NCBI GenBank assembly: GCA_951406725.2 | Contig: OX597815.1 | Span: 7,316,001 to 7,380,000, forward strand | Length of the DNA stretch: 64,000 nt | From: Octopus vulgaris | Lineage: Eukaryota | Direction: 5' to 3' | In this document: piece after piece, positions 56,194-64,000 of the stretch | Numbering within the stretch: position 1 is the first letter of the stretch | How the letters are laid out: every line of letters starts with the position of its first letter | Position numbers and translations under genes: made by a program | The notes under the pieces: generated by a model | The model's database searches: none | What the model saw: the letters and a program-made list of their open reading frames with translations, nothing else | Told to the model about the DNA's origin: nothing

Positions 56194-56275
56194 TTGGTAC
56201 GATCGTTTCGTACTACATCATTTTATTAAATGTTGTATTACAACAGTTTTAAAATGCTGAGCACTCATCAGCCAA
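56194..56275 (-). ncRNA. Type I hammerhead ribozyme with canonical core (Penelope-type)
   Basis: TTGG-CTGATGA-GTGC..long helix II..GTAC-GAAAC-GATC-GTA-CCAA; palindromic helix III ACGATCGT; predicted cut between 56198 and 56197. Confidence 0.85.
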
Positions 56276-57179
56276 TTATAGAGGTTTTCCATTAATACAA
56301 AAATTTTCATATCAAGTGGCAACATTATTGAAAAGGTAGATATATAGACACAAGATGTGGATTTAAATTTTAAGAACATTTGAGGTAGTGGAGCCCATCA
56401 ACTGACTGACTAAGATTCAGTTGTTCCAGACTACTGTAAGGTTCTGAGAGGGAAGAACAAATGAAAGGAGACAATAAAGATTTTCTAATTATAGAAATGG
56501 GGTAAAGGGGATGTCAGAGCTCCATATAAGGAATTTATGTAGAAAACAGCATTGTCACAACTAAATGCCAATTACTACTATTTGATGAGCAGATTCGGCG
56601 TTAGGAGAACTAGGTCAATGTCAGGTGGTCACAATAACATTCACAGAGAATGCAGAGACCTTACAAACCCTATGCATATCGACACAACAGTTGGTCTATA
56701 AGTTCCAAGTACTTTGACACGTTAGAATAAAGGAAAAAATATAAATCTAAAATTCATTCAATTTGGAGAAAAAGACTATCACTTATTATGAGTAGGCATA
56801 GTACTTATTAACTGGGGGAAAAAGCCTTATTAATCAAGTTGCACCAGTCGTGTCTTTCCTGGATGATCCACCAAGGGGTGAGAGAGTGTCAATGGCTACT
56901 TGCCAAAAACAATTAATGAAAGTGTGGTACACGTTACCAAGAAACGCTCGCAGGTGACGAAAGGCTGTTCTGTATTGTACTATATTCCCACTATCCAAGA
57001 ATTATTTTGTCTTCTCACTTTTTCCCTACTTTTAGCGAATGAGCCCTTCCTTAAACTCCTCGGTCTCAGGAAACCGCCATAAGACATCCTCACTATTTCG
57101 AATTATAGTCTCCCTATATTTTCGGCAGCTTTCATATATGTCTAGTTACATCCGCACGAAATGTACTAGTCTTATATAT

Positions 57180-57593
57180 ATTTCTTTATTGCCCACAGGG
57201 GGCTAAACATAGAGGGGACAAACAAGGACAGATAATGGGATTAAGTCGATTACATCGACCCCAGTGATTGACTGGTACTTATTTAATCGCCCCCGAAAAG
57301 ATGAAAGGCAAAGTCGACCTCGGCGGAATTTGAACTCAGAACGTAAAGACAGACGAAATACCTATTTCTTTACTACCCACAAGGGGCTAAACAGAGAGAG
57401 GACAAACAAGGACAGACAAACGGATTAAGTCTATTATATCGACCCCAGTGCGTAACTGGTACTTAATTTATCGACCCCAAATAGATGAAAGGCAAAGTCG
57501 ACCTCGGCGGAATTTGAACTCAGAACGTAACGGCAGACGAAATACCGCTAAGCATTTCGCCCGGCGTGCTAACGTTTCTGCCAGCTCGCCGCT
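57180..57593 (-). mobile_element. SINE family B, two body units
   Basis: Head plus duplicated body. Confidence 0.9.
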
Positions 57594-58435
57594 TTTACTA
57601 GTCTTATATCGTCTGAGGAGTAAACTCAGTCGTGTCTCACGTATGAAACTATTAGAAACGATTTGTTAATCTAGTGACTGTTACTTTATTAATATATACA
57701 ATTTCACTCGTACTGACTATTTTTGTTCTTGCGAATTTCTTTAGTGTGTAAGCGTAGTGATATATGCGTGTGCGTATGTGCGTGTTTGTGTGTAGACATA
57801 TACGCGTTCGAACACACACGCGCTCACATATACGCATGCAAACGGACACAGATGTACACACCCACGCAGCACGCCGTTTTGTTTTCTATTATAGAATTAC
57901 CAAATGTTGGATGTCACGTCATTAAATTATCGAAGAAATGTTCTCCATCTTAAGTATTTATTTTCTTCCAATTATATGTATAATTGTGTGTGTGTGTGTG
58001 TGTAGGAGTCGTCTGTGTCTGTTTAAGTATTTGTGTGCGCAGATTTGTGCAAGTACGTGTGTATTGGTGTGCCTACATTTCTATTGTGAGATTTGTTCCA
58101 ATATCCTTGTGTGTATGCATGCTTCTGTTTGAAGATATATTTATTTGCAAATAATACATACACACACACACACACACACACACGTTATATATATATATAT
58201 ATATATATATACGTATATATATATATACGTATATATATATATATATATATATAGATATATATATATACATATATACATATACACGTGTGTGTGTGTGTTT
58301 GTGTGTGTATGTGTGTGTGTGTGTGTGTGTGTTTGTGTGTGTATGTGGGCGTGTGTGTGCATACACGCATAAATTTATACACATATATACACACATACAG
58401 TTAGCCGTGTATACATATGAATTTTCTCTAAATAG

Positions 58436-58489
<54 letters not shown>

Positions 58490-59218
58490 TGTGTGTGTGT
58501 GTGTGTGTGCGTGATTGTATGTCAACGTGTGTTTGCGCATGTCTATATATCTACAATGCGTGTGAGTCTCCCATGATTCGCGTGTATGATTGTCGACCAA
58601 CATAAAAGTATTGAGTTAGCGCTTATTTTCAAAGGTTTTAATTAAACATCAGTAACGTCGATAAACTCAAATAAAATTACATTGTATATTGACGAAATAA
58701 AAATTCTACGATCGATAGAAATTTCAATAGAACCTTTTGAAAATGTATAAAGTTCGCTCGAAACATCATAAATGTTAATAGCTTCTTTCTAGTTCGGAAT
58801 TTTATATTTTTGTCCCGTTTTATTATATTCTTATTTTATTAATATATTCGTGTGTATACACACATATATATATTGTGTGTGTGTATATGCGTGTTTGTAT
58901 GTGTGTGTGTGTATGAGTATGTGTGTTTGTGTGAATGTATATGTGTGTGTTAGTGTGGAAATTTAATTTCGATTTTTGCCTCTTTCAAAACCTTTCAGAG
59001 GTTCGAGCGGAGAATTAATTATTCAATTTTAACAGAGTTTTAAATGGTGACGTATTTGAATTGGACATCAATTCCTGTATATTTCCTGCTTCACTCCATC
59101 TTCTTTCCTTCTAACTTCAAACACTCCTGACTCTTCCTTCTCCTCCGTTCCAGAGGAGAAATTGTATCGCCTCAATGGATGAGGCCCCAATGAATCAACA
59201 ATGCAGTTTTGTTTTGGG

Positions 59219-59266
59219 TTTCCTCTGAAGACTTCGCCTTTATATCGTGAAACGCATATAGGGAAA
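59219..59266 (+). ncRNA. Degenerate hammerhead-like motif
   Basis: TTTCCT-CTGAAGA-..-GAAAC-GCAT-ATA-GGGAAA; helix I pairs, helices II and III are eroded. Confidence 0.4.
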
Positions 59267-59466
59267 AATACTGACCAAAATCGTTCTACTAGAAAGCATT
59301 CATGTATAGTTAACTAGCGATGTGTTTGTGACTACGTACGCGGTATACTTCGGAATTCAACAACTTACAACAAACGTAACATATGGGTCCAGCTTATAAA
59401 ATTCATTCGGGCTTCATGTACTTTCCCAATTTTTGAGAAGAGTCTGTGTTATGTGTTATTTCGTTC

Positions 59467-59512
<46 letters not shown>

Positions 59513-59513
<1 letters not shown>

Positions 59514-59834
59514 GCCATGTGTTTAGAGGGATTCTTTGGGGTTTGAATGATTCACCTCTGGAAACATGGGTGGTTCTTTCAACATCCTTAAACAACCCTT
59601 ATTCAGGGACCTTTTGAGCGGGATGGGCTACTCAACCTGAAGAAAATTCTAACTGGGCCCCACCTGCAAGGTCATGTGCTGTTTATCTTGATATGAGATC
59701 ACCATGTCGCGCACATATGGTTGTGATGCATGTGCCTGGTGTACCCTTATCAGACGGGTAGTCATGATGGGTATATTGGGCTTCATATATTTTACCCCAG
59801 TGTCACTTTGATGGCATGCACTGCTCTCTCACTC
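59513..59834 (+). mobile_element. ~320-bp insert bounded on both sides by (AAT)n; probable LINE 3' UTR
   Basis: Complex sequence between (AAT)n at 59468-59512 and 59835-59890; family not identified. Confidence 0.45.
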
Positions 59835-59890
<56 letters not shown>

Positions 59891-59891
<1 letters not shown>

Positions 59892-60098
59892 TGTGTACAG
59901 TGCTCAGGTGCACTACAACTCATCTAAAGTGTATATATAATCAGGTGTAGTTTCGGCGGATTTCGGAAAGCATGAGGGCCTTAAAGGATGCAGTGTCATG
60001 GCAGTCAACAACTGACGCAGGCAGTTTATTCCATGCTTCAGCAACTCTGAGCGTGAAAAAATGTTTCCGAAAGTCATGGGAGCTGTGTTGTTTTCTGG
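59891..60098 (-). mobile_element. CR1/L2-group LINE 3' end
   Basis: RKHFFTLRVAEAWNKLPASVV..TASFK..*, followed on the minus strand by a (TTA)n tail. Confidence 0.85.
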
Positions 60099-61325
60099 GA
60101 TAGACAATCAATATGAAAGCCACTGTTATTGTTTACGTGTTTATTTACTTTCATGTTACACAGCGTTGTAATACTTATAAAATAGTGCCAAAAGCGGGGA
60201 CGCATTCCACACACGCACGCCCACGCATACGCATATATATATGAATGTGTAAAAGACTGGCTGGTGGACCAGACCCCACTCTGGTTTGAACATTTATCAG
60301 ACGGGGCTGGCTGCGGGAACGGACACCCTTCTCGGTCAGTATTCAACATATTGTTCATTTCCGGTTTGTCTTATTACTTTAATTACAATATCTATGGATT
60401 ATATTCTTTTCGGATGTTTGGAAGTTTATTCATATTTTAGCAATCAAAATGTCAAGTGTGCTATTGTGACTTAACATCCGTATTACACATTTTGTATATT
60501 GCAAGATTTGATTTAGTATAGACGCGCACGCACATACACGCACACACATACACACATATCACACACACACACACACACATACATACACACACACGTACAT
60601 AATCTACTGCATGGTCGAGTCGTCGGCAGCTAAACTGGCAAACTCACTAAGCTTGCTTAGTGAGAAGGGCAATTGGTCACCCTGAGCGATAAGAAAAACA
60701 AAACCTGTCAAAAGATGGATAAACTAAATGAATTCAACGACCCTCAAATACGGTGTACACAGGTCTGTTATTTGCCATGGGCAGCGGCAGTTCCAGCAGC
60801 AACCACCAACAAACTGGTGACTTTAGTGCAGAAAACAGGGTGGTTGCGCAGAGGATTGACACATTTAAGCACTGGAGAGGCACAACAGGTTCAGTCAGCA
60901 AAGAACCACGAGAGTGAGTGTGTAGGCATGGTGTACCACATTACTGGGTGCACCCTTCTCATTTTATCATATGATTCCCCATTATCGATTTTTATTGAAA
61001 TCCAATTAGTCTATATCTGAACCGGATATTAGTTTAACATGTATGCAAATGTTCATGAAGATTGGTTCGCTGCTATAGGCATTAAAAGGGTAACAGACAG
61101 ACAGAAGTTGCCATTTATATATACAAACATATATACACATATATGTATGTATGCATGTATGTATGTCTACGAGTGGGTGAACAAACGAAACAAAGTGGCG
61201 CTCAAAAGATTTGATAGAAGTTAAATATATTCTTTAACACCAGTTTGACCCAGCTCCATGCATTTTCTTGCGTGTTCAGCAACTACGAGGAGGTTTCTTT
61301 GTAGACTAAGAAGGAAAATAAAATA

Positions 61326-61437
61326 CAGTAGTACCTCCGTTTTCGAAAAACTCTGATCATGAATACAGATAGATATATACGTATATAAAGCACGATTTAT
61401 TCGAGATCAGAGTTGGTCGAAAACCAAGGTACTACCG
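61326..61437. mobile_element. Tigger/pogo-type MITE
   Basis: TA|CAGTAGTACCTCCGTTTTCGA ... TCGAAAACCAAGGTACTACCG|TA. Confidence 0.8.
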
Positions 61438-61529
61438 TAATAATAAAAATATCTAATTTTTAAAAAATGCATGGAGGACGTCGTCTTTTGTTCCAATACG
61501 TAAACCACCACCGCCACAAAATAGTAAGC

Positions 61530-61934
61530 AATAATCCTTTCTACTATAGGCACAAGGCTTGAAATTTAGGTGGGGGGGGGGGCAGTCGATTACATCGACC
61601 CCAGAACGCAACTGGTACTTAATTTATCGACCCCGAAAGGATGAAAGGCAAAGTCGACCTCGGTGGAATTTGAACTCAGAACGTAGCAACGGGCGAAATA
61701 CCTATTTCTTTACTATCCACAAGGGGCTAAACACAGAGGGGACAAACAAGGACAGACAAAGGGGTTAAGTCGATTATATCGACCCCAGTGCGTAACTGGT
61801 ACTTATTTAATCAACCCCGAAAGGATGAAAGGCAAAGTCGACCTCGGCGGAATTCGAACTCAAAATGTAGCGACAGACGAAATACCGCTGAGTATTTCGT
61901 CCGGCGTGCTAACGATTCTGTCAGCTCCGCCGCC
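61530..61934 (-). mobile_element. SINE family B, two body units
   Basis: Head, duplicated body and monomer-type tail. Confidence 0.9.
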
Positions 61935-62449
61935 TTAAATAGTAATGATGAGAAGCAAATATGATAAGAAATTCATTCGAAGCAGAGTTCATGAACTATT
62001 TTGGAATCCCTGTGGGAAATACATCACTTCGTTTGCATCATAAAGAATCCGCCATTGTCGTCTGTTTTAATGAATACACACACGCACGTACATGTCTCCA
62101 TACATGCATACATACATACATACATACATACATACATACATACATACATACATACATACATACATACATACATACATACATAAGTTATGTATGTATTTTA
62201 TTTAAAATTTGACCCAATATCAGTACTAGCATTTCACGTTTATCTGTAACTGTTCTCAGCAGACGTTTATGGCTGAAAACATTTGCACTGGTCTATGGCG
62301 CATGCGTAGGTGTGTGTGCATGTGTGCGCACACGCACGCACACAGAGACATACACACACATGTATAGGGGGAGAGTTCACGAAAAAAAACAAAAGACGAA
62401 GACAGGTGGTGTACAAAACAAACAGATGTATTAGTATAACATGTATATG

Positions 62450-63057
<608 letters not shown>

Positions 63058-63064
<7 letters not shown>

Positions 63065-63510
63065 CTGAGCAATAAGTATACGGATTGTTGCCATAGTAAC
63101 GAAGCTAAAGCACGAAGAGTAAAGCCGCTTTTCAAAAATTGATCTTTGAAAATTGAATTCTGCTGTGCATGCGCACTAAGTTTTAACGTTCTAGCTCACT
63201 TCCGCTGTTTACTGCAGTGCTTCGAAGGAACGTGTGGAGTGTGTGATCGTCGCATGCTGTTTACTGCAGTGCTTCGAAGGAACGTGTGGAGTGTGTGATC
63301 GTCGCATTGACCATCACAGAGTAAGTTGAGTAGAGAATCTACATCAAATTTTGCCAAAACCTTGGTGATACCTGCTCAGAGACCTACGCAAAGTTTTCAA
63401 AAAGATTTCATTGTTCTCGATACAATCAAGGAGATCTTGTGCAACTGAAACAAGTCTTTTAGGTTAGCTGAAAGCAGTTTGGCACAAACTTGGTAGACAT
63501 ACGTCTCATA
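63058..63510 (+). mobile_element. Deleted mariner derivative
   Basis: Transposase N-terminal remnant E*RIYIKFCQNLGDTCSETYAK (~63327-63395); ~53-bp tandem duplication at 63203-63307; TIRs eroded. Confidence 0.65.
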
Positions 63511-63626
63511 CACAATCTCTAGTGGGGGTTGTATATAGATGTACATAGATAGACAAAAAGATAGATAGAGACACGCCCCCCCCCCCACACACACGCAGAT
63601 CTCCGCACGCTTAGTATTACAGTATA

Positions 63627-64000
63627 TCTTTATATATAAAAGTGAGGTTGTGTGCTGTCTGTCTCCTACGATTTAGATTCTTAACTACTCCCATATTTTG
63701 CGGTGCAGTTTAACCAAAACCGGGTATCTTATAGTCGTGATTCATATCGAGCCCTTCTGGGTATTAGCGCGCGTCTACGATGAGTCTACGATTTTAAAAA
63801 TATAAAAGTGAAGTTGTGTGTCTGTCTCCTACGGTTTAGATTCCTAACTACTCCCACATTTTGCGGTACAGTTTAACCAAATTCGGGTATCTTATAGTCG
63901 TGATTCATATCGAGCCCTTCTGGGTATTAGCGCGCGTCTACGATGAGTCTACGATTAAAAAAAAAATTACCATCATTTTTTTCCATTTTAATGCATTTTT
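63627..64000 (+). mobile_element. Non-autonomous Helitron 5' part with ~165-bp tandem duplication (runs off the window)
   Basis: A|TCTTTATATATAAAAGTG start; reverse complement of the 17080 and 43790 family. Confidence 0.88.

Noticed and set aside
60600-61125. 115-aa ORF, or a possible non-autonomous Helitron
   Set aside because: The ORF is unrecognisable; only a Helitron-like 5' end is visible, with no CTAG or hairpin terminus.

Overview
AT-rich, gene-poor animal genomic DNA, most likely an octopus; this is inferred from the SINE families and the extreme (TA)n/(CATA)n/(CTAT)n/triplet microsatellite load. No intact host protein-coding gene can be supported, and nearly all listed ORFs are microsatellite or SINE artefacts. 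The window is a nested transposon graveyard. It holds four tRNA-derived SINE families (about 25 copies, one family forming internal 184-bp multimers) and decayed LINEs (Tx1/L1, CR1/L2, RTE, R4/Dong-like, a possible I/Jockey type). It also holds two deleted Helitrons, several non-autonomous Helitrons, a decayed hAT transposase, Charlie, mariner and Tigger MITEs, and a 28S rRNA fragment abutting a SINE head. The most unusual signals are: (i) Penelope-type minimal hammerhead ribozyme motifs, one with a fully canonical core and one pair in inverted arrangement; (ii) several (TA)n-flanked fold-back palindromes, one built from half a hammerhead; (iii) an R4/Dong-like LINE tied to (ACAT)n with a ~200-260 bp flanking duplication; (iv) a leader+microsatellite+SINE composite present twice. 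All alignments and translations were done by eye and boundaries are approximate.
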